DNA from: a virus
Reading direction: 5' to 3' (one strand)
IMG/VR virus record: IMGVR_UViG_3300020045_001434
Span: 1-64,000 of that record
Length of the DNA stretch: 64,000 bases
Positions within the stretch are counted from its first letter, which is position 1; each line of letters starts with the position of its first letter. The notes under the pieces were generated by a model, which did not search any database, was not told the origin of the DNA, and saw only the letters and a program-made list of their open reading frames with translations. Position numbers and translations under genes: made by a program. Shown one piece after another: positions 20,508-28,964 of the stretch.

Positions 20508-20550
20508 ATATATTTGAAGTACTAACAATTCCGTTAGTACTTAAATATAT
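20508..20550 (+). promoter_or_regulatory. promoter -7 element within an inverted repeat (candidate operator or leader hairpin)
   Basis: TATATTTG at 20509-20516; AAGTACTAAC-AATTCC-GTTAGTACTT stem extended by ATATATTT/AAATATAT. Confidence 0.6.
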
Positions 20551-20557
20551 TTATATT

Positions 20558-21319
20558 ATGGCTTTAACATTAGATGGTGCTCTACCTATGATTGGTGGAA
20601 CAAGTACTGGCTCAGGTGTCGGTATGGGTGCTTTAGGTGGTGGTGTTGCAGGTTTACTTCTTGGAGGTTTACTTAGTGGTAACAATGGTGGTTTATTTGG
20701 TGGTGGAGGTAACAATGCTAATCAAGCAGAGTTTAATTCTATCAATAATCAAATTCAAACTATTCAAGGTCAAATTGCTAATACAGCTTTGACTAGTCAA
20801 ATTAGAGCTGATACTATTGATTTATCTTCTAGTATTGGTAATTTAGGAACTCAAGTAGGTCAATTGGCTACTGCTCAAGCTGCTGCTAATTTTACTACTT
20901 TGGAATCTATTAATGGTTTAGGAAGAGATATTACTGCTTCTCAAAATCAAAATGCTCTTCAACAATTGAATAGCTTTAATCAACAAACAACTACTATGTT
21001 GCAAGGATTTAATTCTTCTGCAATGCAAGTTCAAAATTCTACTAATCAAATCATATCTCAGGGTACTGCTAATGCTGCTGCTGTTGCTTCTGGTTTCTGT
21101 GAAATTAGTAAAGAAATGGCTCAATGTTGTTGTGAAATGAAGGGGGCTATTGCTGCTGAAGGTAGTGCTACTCGTGCTCTTATTAATGATTTGAATGTTC
21201 AAAATCTTCGTGACCAACTTGCTGCTGCTAATAACAAAGTAAGTAATAATGAACAAAATCAATATTTGTTGAATACTATTTTGACACATATTGCTCCTAC
21301 AGCATCTACAGTAATTTAA
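20558..21319 (+). CDS. Gly-zipper / Q,N-rich coiled-coil protein with CCC motif, function unknown
   Basis: GSGVGMGALGGGVAGLLLGGLLSG; long Q/N/S/T heptad region; MAQCCCEMK; TRALINDLNVQNLRDQL. Confidence 0.8.
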   Translation: MALTLDGALPMIGGTSTGSGVGMGALGGGVAGLLLGGLLSGNNGGLFGGGGNNANQAEFNSINNQIQTIQGQIANTALTSQIRADTIDLSSSIGNLGTQVGQLATAQAAANFTTLESINGLGRDITASQNQNALQQLNSFNQQTTTMLQGFNSSAMQVQNSTNQIISQGTANAAAVASGFCEISKEMAQCCCEMKGAIAAEGSATRALINDLNVQNLRDQLAAANNKVSNNEQNQYLLNTILTHIAPTASTVI

Positions 21320-21328
21320 TCTAGTATT

Positions 21329-21625
21329 ATGACTAGTCCAATAAGTATAGGTACTACGGCTATAGTAGTCGCACCTATTAATAAAAGACGTAGCATAATT
21401 AGATTTCAGAATACTGGTAAAGATTCAATATTTATAAAGAAAATTCCTATTACTGGAAATACAAGTATTGTTTCTGATACTAATTTTGAAGTTGAATTAT
21501 TTCCCGAATCTGCTTCTTCTAAAGAAGGAGGTCAATCTTTTGAAACAAACTCTATTGCATCTTTTATGGCAATATCTAGTGCCGCAGGTAATGCTTTAGC
21601 AGTTTATGAAACTAATAAAGTATAA
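21329..21625 (+). CDS. small beta-sandwich-like protein
   Basis: Beta-rich, with NKRRSIIRFQNTGKDSIFI. Confidence 0.65.
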   Translation: MTSPISIGTTAIVVAPINKRRSIIRFQNTGKDSIFIKKIPITGNTSIVSDTNFEVELFPESASSKEGGQSFETNSIASFMAISSAAGNALAVYETNKV

Positions 21626-21643
21626 CCTCTAAATATAAATAAG

Positions 21644-21835
21644 ATGGAAGATTTTCATGTAAAAATACATATTACTAAAGTTATAGAAATGTGTATTACA
21701 GAAGAACGCGCTAGGATAAGGGAACACTATTCTAATACATTAGGTAAACAAACTGCTGACTATATGGACAATTATGTTCCAGTACCATCAGAAGTTCTTA
21801 AACTATTTGGTATTCTCACAGATACTCCAGTTTAA
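21644..21835 (+). CDS. hypothetical protein
   Basis: 63-aa ORF before the terminator. Confidence 0.6.
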   Translation: MEDFHVKIHITKVIEMCITEERARIREHYSNTLGKQTADYMDNYVPVPSEVLKLFGILTDTPV

Positions 21836-21849
21836 GAATCTTTAATATT

Positions 21850-21881
21850 AAGAGCAATAATTAATTTTATTGCTCTTTTTT
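21850..21881 (+). terminator. rho-independent terminator
   Basis: AAGAGCAATAA-TTAATT-TTATTGCTCTT plus T-tract. Confidence 0.8.
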
Positions 21882-21907
21882 AATGTCTAACAATTAATAT
21901 TTATATT

Positions 21908-22216
21908 ATGGAAAATGATATTTTAAAAACTCTAGATTTAGGTAAGACTCAAGTTCCTGCCAATGAAGCTATTAATGGAGGTACTCAACCTTTAGCAACA
22001 GCTAAACCAATTCTAAATTATCCTCGTAATGAAGAATTAATAATTCAATCTGTTATAACAAGTGAAGAACAAGGTTACGCTTTGCTTAGAGCTATTCAAA
22101 TAGTTGTGAATAGTTTTGGAGGAGATACTATAATTAAACTAGTAGACAAACTAGAGAAAAATCCTAAATTAGCTGATAAAGCTAAACAATATATACCTTT
22201 AATATTACAAATGTAA
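21908..22216 (+). CDS. hypothetical helical protein
   Basis: 102-aa ORF. Its leader ATATTTATATTATGG is identical to that of 20558. Confidence 0.65.
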   Translation: MENDILKTLDLGKTQVPANEAINGGTQPLATAKPILNYPRNEELIIQSVITSEEQGYALLRAIQIVVNSFGGDTIIKLVDKLEKNPKLADKAKQYIPLILQM

Positions 22217-22218
22217 CT

Positions 22219-23055
22219 ATGGCAATAATTGGCGTTTCAGGTAAAATCGGAAGTGGTAAAGATACTGTTGGAAGTGTTATACAATATCTTACATCAGTGT
22301 ATAAAAATGGATATTATGAAGGAGACATTAAATTTATGTCTAATAGACCTAATATTCATAAATATAGTTTTGAACAATGGAAAAATCATTCTGTTCCTAC
22401 TAATATAAGTGATTGGAAAATTAAAAAATATGCTGATAAACTTAAAGATATAGTTTGTATTCTTTTAAGTTGTACTCGTGAACAATTAGAAGATAGAGTA
22501 TTTAAAGAAACTAATCTTAGTAGTGAATGGGATTTATGGCAACTACATTATCGTAATTGGAATGATAAAATAGTAGAATCTTTTTATGTAACTAAAGAAG
22601 AAGCTATTAATGCGTATAATAGTTATATTGTAAATTATAGTTGTGATGAACCTAAATTAGTTTTTATGACACCTAGAAAGTTATTACAATTATTAGGTAC
22701 TGATTGTGGTAGAAAGATAATTCATCCTAATATTTGGGTTAATGCTACTATGATTAATTACAAAGATGAAACTAATAGAATAGTGTCTCCGTCTTTAGAA
22801 TATTATCCATCTAATTGGATTATTACAGATGTTAGATTTCCTAATGAAGCTAAAGCTATAACTGATAAAGGTGGAATTAATATTAGAATACAAAAACATA
22901 ATATGTTTGATGCTGCTATTAAATCTTTAGAATTAGAACATGAATCTGAAACTGCTTTAGATAATTATCAATTTGATTATGTAGTTAATCATGGTACTAT
23001 TGAAGCATTAATTGAACAAATTAGAGAAATACTTATTAAAGAAAATATTATATGA
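22219..23055 (+). CDS. deoxynucleoside monophosphate kinase (T4 gp1-like)
   Basis: GVSGKIGSGKDT, ADKLKD, TPRKLLQLLGTD, WIITDVRFPNE, HESE. Confidence 0.9.
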   Translation: MAIIGVSGKIGSGKDTVGSVIQYLTSVYKNGYYEGDIKFMSNRPNIHKYSFEQWKNHSVPTNISDWKIKKYADKLKDIVCILLSCTREQLEDRVFKETNLSSEWDLWQLHYRNWNDKIVESFYVTKEEAINAYNSYIVNYSCDEPKLVFMTPRKLLQLLGTDCGRKIIHPNIWVNATMINYKDETNRIVSPSLEYYPSNWIITDVRFPNEAKAITDKGGINIRIQKHNMFDAAIKSLELEHESETALDNYQFDYVVNHGTIEALIEQIREILIKENII

Positions 23056-23324
23056 TAATTGATATATCTAAAGTTAAAGTTGGAGATAAAGTTCATTATA
23101 TGCCTGATTATAATATTGAAAATAATATTTATGAAAATGGTATTGTAAAAGAAATTCCTGATAATCAATTAGATTCTATTAGAGTAGTTTATAATTGTGC
23201 TGGAGATTGGAAGAATTATAAAAATTATACTTCTGCTATTACAGATCTTAGAGATTTATATATTGGATGGAATCATAGTAAATCTAAAGCAGAACTTTTA
23301 AAAGAACAAGAAAATGATAATTAA
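23052..23324 (+). CDS. hypothetical protein (SH3/KOW-like)
   Basis: VKVGDKVHY...ENGIVKEI. Confidence 0.6.
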   Translation: MIIDISKVKVGDKVHYMPDYNIENNIYENGIVKEIPDNQLDSIRVVYNCAGDWKNYKNYTSAITDLRDLYIGWNHSKSKAELLKEQENDN

Positions 23325-23526
23325 AGCATGTAGATTTAAACGTACAAAAAATAGTTGTTGGGAAACTGGAATATCATTTGAATTAAATGGTATTTCAGAT
23401 AATGCTAGAAAAGCTGAAAGAGTTATTACTGAAGAAGGTATTATAAATGATGTATACGATATTCAAGATTGTTTATCTGATTTATGTATTGAAGTTACTG
23501 GTATACTAAATAATATAATCAAATGA
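23314..23526 (+). CDS. hypothetical protein
   Basis: Operon ORF. Confidence 0.55.
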   Translation: MIIKACRFKRTKNSCWETGISFELNGISDNARKAERVITEEGIINDVYDIQDCLSDLCIEVTGILNNIIK

Positions 23527-24566
23527 ATGGTAAAATAGAATATGGATTTGGTAAAGAATATCTATCTAATTGGACACTTAAAGAAGCTCTTAGAGAAGTT
23601 CTTCAAAATTATATTGATTATGGAGAATATAAAATAGAAACTCTTCCTACAGAATATCCTTCTGAACAAGTTGTTATAAGAATTAGTAATAATTATATTC
23701 CTGAGAAACTTGAATTTCTTAGAATTGGCAATACTGATAAAGGTAATAATTCTAATGCTATTGGACATCATGGGGAAGGTCTTAAAGTTGCATTTTTAAT
23801 ATTTCTTAGAGAAAGTTTATCATTTAGAATACTTACTAAAGATTTAGCTATTACTCCTACTTGGAGTATTGATGATTTAGTTGGTGAAACACTTCGTATT
23901 CAATATACAGAAAATAATATTTATAATAATAAATTTATTACAATATTTGAATGTCCAAGAGATATTTATGAAGAATTTATAAAGGATATTATTAATGAAA
24001 ATGATATTATACATAATAATTATTATGGGGATATTGTAGATAAACCTAAAGGTAATATTTATTCAGGCAATTTATTTGTATGTAATATTCCTAAATTATC
24101 TAATGCTTATAATATTAAACCTTGTAATCTTTCTTTAGATAGAGATAGAAGTGTTCCTAGTGATTGGGATATTCAATATTACACATCTAAAATATTACAA
24201 AGTTATAATCAATCTAAAGAAGTATCTATAACTACTAAAGAATTAGAAGGTAAAGATTATTCTTATACTGATGAATTACCTGATAATATTGTAAATCAAT
24301 TTAATCGTAGAAAAGTAGGTAGTAAAAATGTTTATATTAATAAAGTCGATAATGAACATATTCAAAATAGACGTATTACTGAAATATTAGATAAACATCC
24401 TAAGTTTGCTAAAGATAATAAAGTTAGTGCTAGACAACAATTTAAATATAAATTAGAAAAGACTAAACGTAAATCTTTAAAAACTTTAGTAAAAGAATTT
24501 AAAGCTAATCATTGTAGAAATACTGAAATGTTAGATGATATTAATATTATAATTAAACGATTATGA
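23523..24566 (+). CDS. GHKL (HATPase_c) ATPase domain protein
   Basis: N-box EALREVLQNYID; IGNTDK; G2 IGHHGEGLK; LDRDR. Confidence 0.8.
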   Translation: MNGKIEYGFGKEYLSNWTLKEALREVLQNYIDYGEYKIETLPTEYPSEQVVIRISNNYIPEKLEFLRIGNTDKGNNSNAIGHHGEGLKVAFLIFLRESLSFRILTKDLAITPTWSIDDLVGETLRIQYTENNIYNNKFITIFECPRDIYEEFIKDIINENDIIHNNYYGDIVDKPKGNIYSGNLFVCNIPKLSNAYNIKPCNLSLDRDRSVPSDWDIQYYTSKILQSYNQSKEVSITTKELEGKDYSYTDELPDNIVNQFNRRKVGSKNVYINKVDNEHIQNRRITEILDKHPKFAKDNKVSARQQFKYKLEKTKRKSLKTLVKEFKANHCRNTEMLDDINIIIKRL

Positions 24567-24715
24567 TTAGAATACCTATGGTTGCATATGCTGCATTTTG
24601 TAATGATTTTCCTAATCTTATAAATGATTTAGAACGTCAATATTATTATATTCAACAAGATAGTATGAAATGGTGTTTTGGATGTAAAGCTACTATTAAA
24701 TTTATAAACAATTAA
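24563..24715 (+). CDS. small hypothetical protein (50 aa; not in the ORF track)
   Basis: MIRIPMVAYAAFCNDFP...; ATGA overlap; fills the gap. Confidence 0.5.
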   Translation: MIRIPMVAYAAFCNDFPNLINDLERQYYYIQQDSMKWCFGCKATIKFINN

Positions 24716-24718
24716 ATT

Positions 24719-25072
24719 ATGACTCTTACAGATAATAAACCTATTATAATAGGTAATCATTTAATAACTGGAATATGCATAGATAGTTTTGAAGATTTAG
24801 AAAGTGTTGTTAGAACTCATGGTAGTATTACTTTACGTAATTTTGGTAATAATATTTATGGAGCTAGTATGGTAATGAATTGGAATTATAGTATAGTATC
24901 TAAACGTATTATAAATAAAGAGATGTTTGTTACTATAAATATAAACAATATTATTCGTCAAGAACGTCCTAAACGTAGTTATAATCGTAAGAAATCTAAA
25001 ACAGTTATTAGTCCTAAAATATTATTAATGAACAATCCTTTACATGATAATCATATTAATCAACATTTATAA
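24719..25072 (+). CDS. hypothetical protein
   Basis: Operon ORF with a basic C-terminus. Confidence 0.6.
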   Translation: MTLTDNKPIIIGNHLITGICIDSFEDLESVVRTHGSITLRNFGNNIYGASMVMNWNYSIVSKRIINKEMFVTININNIIRQERPKRSYNRKKSKTVISPKILLMNNPLHDNHINQHL

Positions 25073-25422
25073 TGGGAAAGAACGAAATTAAAAGTTTTAG
25101 AACTAAAATACCTTTAGATAGATATTTAGCTCACACTAATATTGAAACTAAAGAACTAATATTAGGAGATATAAAGCTAAAAGCTTTTAATAAACTATTA
25201 CGTTCTACAAGTGAAAAAACTATTATTGGTACATTTATTGATGGTAGTGGTAATATAAAATGTATTCTAACTGATAAATGGGATATACAAATTCATAAAA
25301 CTTCTGAAATATTTATTATAGCGGAAGTAGTTCTTAAAGAACAAATTAAAGATTCAAAATATGTTGAACAATTAAGTTTATTTGAAGATGTCAAAACAGG
25401 AAAAGATTCCAACAATGAATAA
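25072..25422 (+). CDS. hypothetical protein
   Basis: Operon ORF; C-terminal QLSLF resembles a beta-clamp-binding motif. Confidence 0.6.
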   Translation: MGKNEIKSFRTKIPLDRYLAHTNIETKELILGDIKLKAFNKLLRSTSEKTIIGTFIDGSGNIKCILTDKWDIQIHKTSEIFIIAEVVLKEQIKDSKYVEQLSLFEDVKTGKDSNNE

Positions 25423-26221
25423 AGAAATAGTTGCTAGTGCTACTGTAGTAAAACCTAGAGTATCATTAGATGATATTATTAGTGAATATTCAAAGTTATA
25501 TAGAGAGATAGAAGAAAGTGATGAATTTACAGAAGAACTTCAAGAGAAACTATTTGTAAATGAAGAAAATTGTGCTAGAAAATTACTTGGTTATCGGTAT
25601 ATGATAACTATGAATGAAGCTACAATTGCTAGTTTATATAAACCTGAAATTGAAAAGATGGGTTTAAGAATTAAAAGAGCTGAACGTAATAATACTTACT
25701 TTAAAGATAAAGTATGTTTAGCTGCTGAAATATTTGGTATAGATGGTAAGTTTAAAAGTGATATTATTAATGTAAGTTCTGTTGAAACAATAAGTTTGGA
25801 TACTAATGATGAATTAGTAAAAGAATCTATTGATGAAATTAAGAAGTGTATTATTGATAATAATACTGAAAATATTACTGTTGAAACTGAATTAGTAAAA
25901 TGTAGTTTAAATATTAATGGTAGTCCCGAAGCATTAGCTAAAATAATTAGTTTTATTGTAGAAAATGAAGACACTATTGATTATTCAACTTTAGACACTA
26001 CTGTTACTTTAGATAGAAAAGCTGCTAAAGAATTAGTTCAAGAAGTTGAAGAAGTTAATAAAAGTATACAATCTCAATATGACGATGTAATCAATATGTT
26101 GAAATCTTCTCCTGAGAATATATCTCAAGAACTTATTGATGGTATAGCAAAACCTGATTATCGTAAAATATCATTTAAAGGACTTAGTCTTAAATCATCT
26201 CATTTACCTAGATTTAGCTAA
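25415..26221 (+). CDS. Siphovirus Gp157-like coiled-coil protein
   Basis: LDDIISEYSKLYREIEESDEFTEELQEKL...K...Y......EIEKM..RIKRAER pattern. Confidence 0.65.
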   Translation: MNKEIVASATVVKPRVSLDDIISEYSKLYREIEESDEFTEELQEKLFVNEENCARKLLGYRYMITMNEATIASLYKPEIEKMGLRIKRAERNNTYFKDKVCLAAEIFGIDGKFKSDIINVSSVETISLDTNDELVKESIDEIKKCIIDNNTENITVETELVKCSLNINGSPEALAKIISFIVENEDTIDYSTLDTTVTLDRKAAKELVQEVEEVNKSIQSQYDDVINMLKSSPENISQELIDGIAKPDYRKISFKGLSLKSSHLPRFS

Positions 26222-26222
26222 C

Positions 26223-26513
26223 ATGGAAGAAGAACTAATTCACTTAATAGTGCAGTTATGTTCAGATGGTACTTTATTAGCTTATGACCCTAACAAGAAA
26301 TTAAATCTAGTTTTTACTAGTCTTACTTCTTGGTCAACACTTCATGATATATATAAATATTCTACTCTTTCTAGTGCTGCTAGAAAAGGAATAGATCGTA
26401 ACTTTAATATTAAATATGTAAAGTACTATTTTAAAAATACTCAAACAAATGAAGAAATAGAAATTCCAAAAGAACATATATCAAGTATTTTATCTAATAT
26501 TAATAAAGGTTGA
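26223..26513 (+). CDS. hypothetical protein
   Basis: Operon ORF. Confidence 0.6.
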   Translation: MEEELIHLIVQLCSDGTLLAYDPNKKLNLVFTSLTSWSTLHDIYKYSTLSSAARKGIDRNFNIKYVKYYFKNTQTNEEIEIPKEHISSILSNINKG

Positions 26514-26531
26514 GGTAATTCTCAACCTTTT
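26505..26531 (+). terminator. rho-independent terminator
   Basis: AAAGGTTGAG-GTAATT-CTCAACCTTTT. Confidence 0.75.
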
Positions 26532-26544
26532 AATAATTCTTATA

Positions 26545-26841
26545 ATGCTAAATAAATTAAAGAAGTATTTGAAGAAATACTTACAAACTTTAAAAGATAA
26601 TCATTTTAAATATACTTACATAGACAAAGTTGTTTATAGTAAAGAACTTGCTAGAATGATTATTAATAATAATAAGTTTAATTTTATTGTAATAGATAAA
26701 ACTAATACTACTACAGTAATAACATATAATTCTGATAATAAAAGTTTTGAATTATATAATATAGAAACTCCTAGAAGAATATATTATACTAAAGAACTTA
26801 AGCCTAATTTATGGTTTAGAATATTAAATATAGTTGAATAA
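26545..26841 (+). CDS. hypothetical protein
   Basis: 98-aa ORF. Confidence 0.55.
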   Translation: MLNKLKKYLKKYLQTLKDNHFKYTYIDKVVYSKELARMIINNNKFNFIVIDKTNTTTVITYNSDNKSFELYNIETPRRIYYTKELKPNLWFRILNIVE

Positions 26842-26853
26842 CTTTTTAATCTA

Positions 26854-26887
26854 ACAACGAATATCATTCATCCTCGTACCTACTAGA
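26854..26887 (-). repeat. dispersed 34-bp motif, copy 3 (diverged)
   Basis: Reverse complement reads TCTAGTAGGTACGAGGATGAATGATATTCGTTGT; intergenic. Confidence 0.82.
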
Positions 26888-26927
26888 TATTCGTTAGTCA
26901 ATCATTGATAACACTTAATAATACAGT

Positions 26928-27152
26928 ATGTCTGAAAACGTAACATTGGTAGATGTAGTATCATCTCAATTAAAATCTATTGGTTATAATAAAGAAACAT
27001 CTACATTATATGTAGTATTTAAAAATACAGGAATTACTTATAAATATGATGATGTTCCTGAATCAGTGTATAATACTTTACTAACATCTAGTGAAGTAGG
27101 TAAAACATTTAATTCTCTTGTAAAAGGTATTTATTCATTTTCTAAAGTTTAA
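26928..27152 (+). CDS. KTSC domain protein
   Basis: VVSSQLKSIGYN...LYVVFKN.G..YKYDDVP..VY..LL.S.EVGKTFN..VKG. Confidence 0.9.
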   Translation: MSENVTLVDVVSSQLKSIGYNKETSTLYVVFKNTGITYKYDDVPESVYNTLLTSSEVGKTFNSLVKGIYSFSKV

Positions 27153-27155
27153 TAT

Positions 27156-28181
27156 ATGAAAACAATATGTTTATATCATTCTGTTGATTTGGATGGTTGG
27201 ATGTCTGCTGCTATAGTAAAACATTGGTTTCTTGAAAATCTATCTGAAACTGATTCTTTTATATTAGATGGTATGAGAACTGATAAAGGTTATGAATTAT
27301 GTATACCAAAAATTATAGATTTTGTAGGTTACACTTATGGAGATAAAGTTCCAGATGTATCTCAATATGATAGAATCATTATGTGTGATATGTCATTACT
27401 TAAAGGAGTAATGGAACAATTACATGAAGACCATACTAAAGAAATTATATGGATTGACCATCATTTAAGTGCTATTCGTGATAGTGAAACTCCACTTAAG
27501 TATAATGATTTGAAAGGTATTAGAGATACTAAATTTGCAGCTTGTGAACTTACTTGGATGTATTTCTTTGGTAATCCAATTGATAAATTCGGTGAAGTTG
27601 AAGAACAGAATCCTATGCCTGAAATAGTTAGACTACTTGGTAGATATGACTGTTTTGGTCATAAAGGTACTGCTGAAGAAAAGAAAGTTTTGGAATTTCA
27701 ATATGGTGCTAGAAATGCTATAAATAATTATGAAACTGCATATGATTTTCTAAAATATAATTTAGAAGATGATAGTAGTTATACAAAATTAGATACTCAT
27801 ATTATAAATTGTTTACATGTTCATGGAGCAAGTATTTATGAATATCTTTGTCAAGATTCTAAACAAGTTTATAATACTAGAGTTGATATTAAATTAGATA
27901 ATCTTGAAACTCAAGAATCTTATAAATTTGCTTTAATTAATAAAGAAAGATTTAATCCTATTAACTTTGGTATTGATTACCATAAAGATGGATATGACGG
28001 TATTGCTTGTTTTTGGTTATCACCTAAAGGTTGGCATTTTAGTTTGTATAATGATAATGGTCTTGTAGATTGTTCTCAAATAGCTAAATCATTTGGTGGT
28101 GGTGGACATAAAGGAGCTGCTGGATTTATTTTAGGTAAAGATTCTTCTATAGATAGTTTTATTATACCTAGAAGATTATAA
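27156..28181 (+). CDS. DHH/DHHA1 phosphoesterase (NrnB-like)
   Basis: YHSVDLDG, MCDMS, WIDHH, AACELTW, GGGGHKGAAGF. Confidence 0.9.
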   Translation: MKTICLYHSVDLDGWMSAAIVKHWFLENLSETDSFILDGMRTDKGYELCIPKIIDFVGYTYGDKVPDVSQYDRIIMCDMSLLKGVMEQLHEDHTKEIIWIDHHLSAIRDSETPLKYNDLKGIRDTKFAACELTWMYFFGNPIDKFGEVEEQNPMPEIVRLLGRYDCFGHKGTAEEKKVLEFQYGARNAINNYETAYDFLKYNLEDDSSYTKLDTHIINCLHVHGASIYEYLCQDSKQVYNTRVDIKLDNLETQESYKFALINKERFNPINFGIDYHKDGYDGIACFWLSPKGWHFSLYNDNGLVDCSQIAKSFGGGGHKGAAGFILGKDSSIDSFIIPRRL

Positions 28182-28183
28182 TT

Positions 28184-28648
28184 ATGAATACATTAAAAAA
28201 TAAGACTACTTTTAGACCTATGACAATAGCATTTGATTTTGATAATGTTATTCATAAATATAGAAATTCTTGGGGTAATGGTGAAATATATGATGAATTA
28301 GAAAGAAGTGTTTTACTTCAAATAAGAGACCTTTTAAATATGGGACATTATGTATTTATTCTTTCAACTCGTTCAAGATTTAAAATTAAACATCATTTTG
28401 AATATCTACAAGATACTAATTTTGAATATACTAATATGATTAATGATATTGATACTTCAATAATACCTTTTAAATTTGAAACATTTTCTATATTTAAAAA
28501 GTTTTGGAATAAAAAATATATTTGTGGTATATGTAATCATAAAGCTGTATTTGATGTATTAATTGATGATAGAACTATTACATTTAATCCTATTAATCCT
28601 CCATCAATAGAAGATATATTAAATTTTAAACCTATAACATATATTTAA
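28184..28648 (+). CDS. HAD-superfamily phosphatase
   Basis: IAFDFDNVI (motif I), ILSTR, K, LIDDR. Confidence 0.82.
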   Translation: MNTLKNKTTFRPMTIAFDFDNVIHKYRNSWGNGEIYDELERSVLLQIRDLLNMGHYVFILSTRSRFKIKHHFEYLQDTNFEYTNMINDIDTSIIPFKFETFSIFKKFWNKKYICGICNHKAVFDVLIDDRTITFNPINPPSIEDILNFKPITYI

Positions 28649-28806
28649 TATATATTTGAATAATTATTAACTACTCACATGACTTGTAAGCTATTATTAA
28701 CATGGTAGTCTTATAAGTCATTGACTTTTAAAAGATACTATCCTAGTGGTCAATTGTATGCTATTAGTGAACCTAATTTGGTCTATTTATAGGATATAAT
28801 TTTATC

Positions 28807-28840
28807 CCTAGTAGGAGCAAGGGTGCAGGACATCCGTTGC
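28807..28840 (+). repeat. dispersed 34-bp motif, copy 4
   Basis: CCTAGTAGGAGCAAGGGTGCAGGACATCCGTTGC; intergenic. Confidence 0.88.
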
Positions 28841-28894
28841 AATATCATAGCATTAAAATTACATATAACTATACCAATGCCATGATATAAAGCG

Positions 28895-28939
28895 AAAGGT
28901 GAATCAATAGATATTATATCTAACGATTCACCTTTTTTT
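28895..28939. terminator. terminator between convergent modules (possibly bidirectional)
   Basis: AAAGGTGAATC...TAGATA-TTA-TATCTA...GATTCACCTTT plus T-tract. Confidence 0.8.
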
Positions 28940-28964
28940 AAAGACTTGCTAATGACTCAAATAT

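Larger units (their letters stand above)
28651..28939 (+). ncRNA. candidate structured ncRNA at the module junction
   Basis: TATATTTG (-7 element) at 28651; hairpin 28679-28721; motif copy 4; terminator 28895-28939; no sizeable ORF. Confidence 0.35.

Noticed and set aside
208-25974. Short minus-strand ORFs in the + module (208, 3928, 4959, 5653, 13018, 14345, 20918, 23562, 25696)
   Set aside because: Antisense shadows of well-supported genes, with low-complexity I/L/F/S composition.
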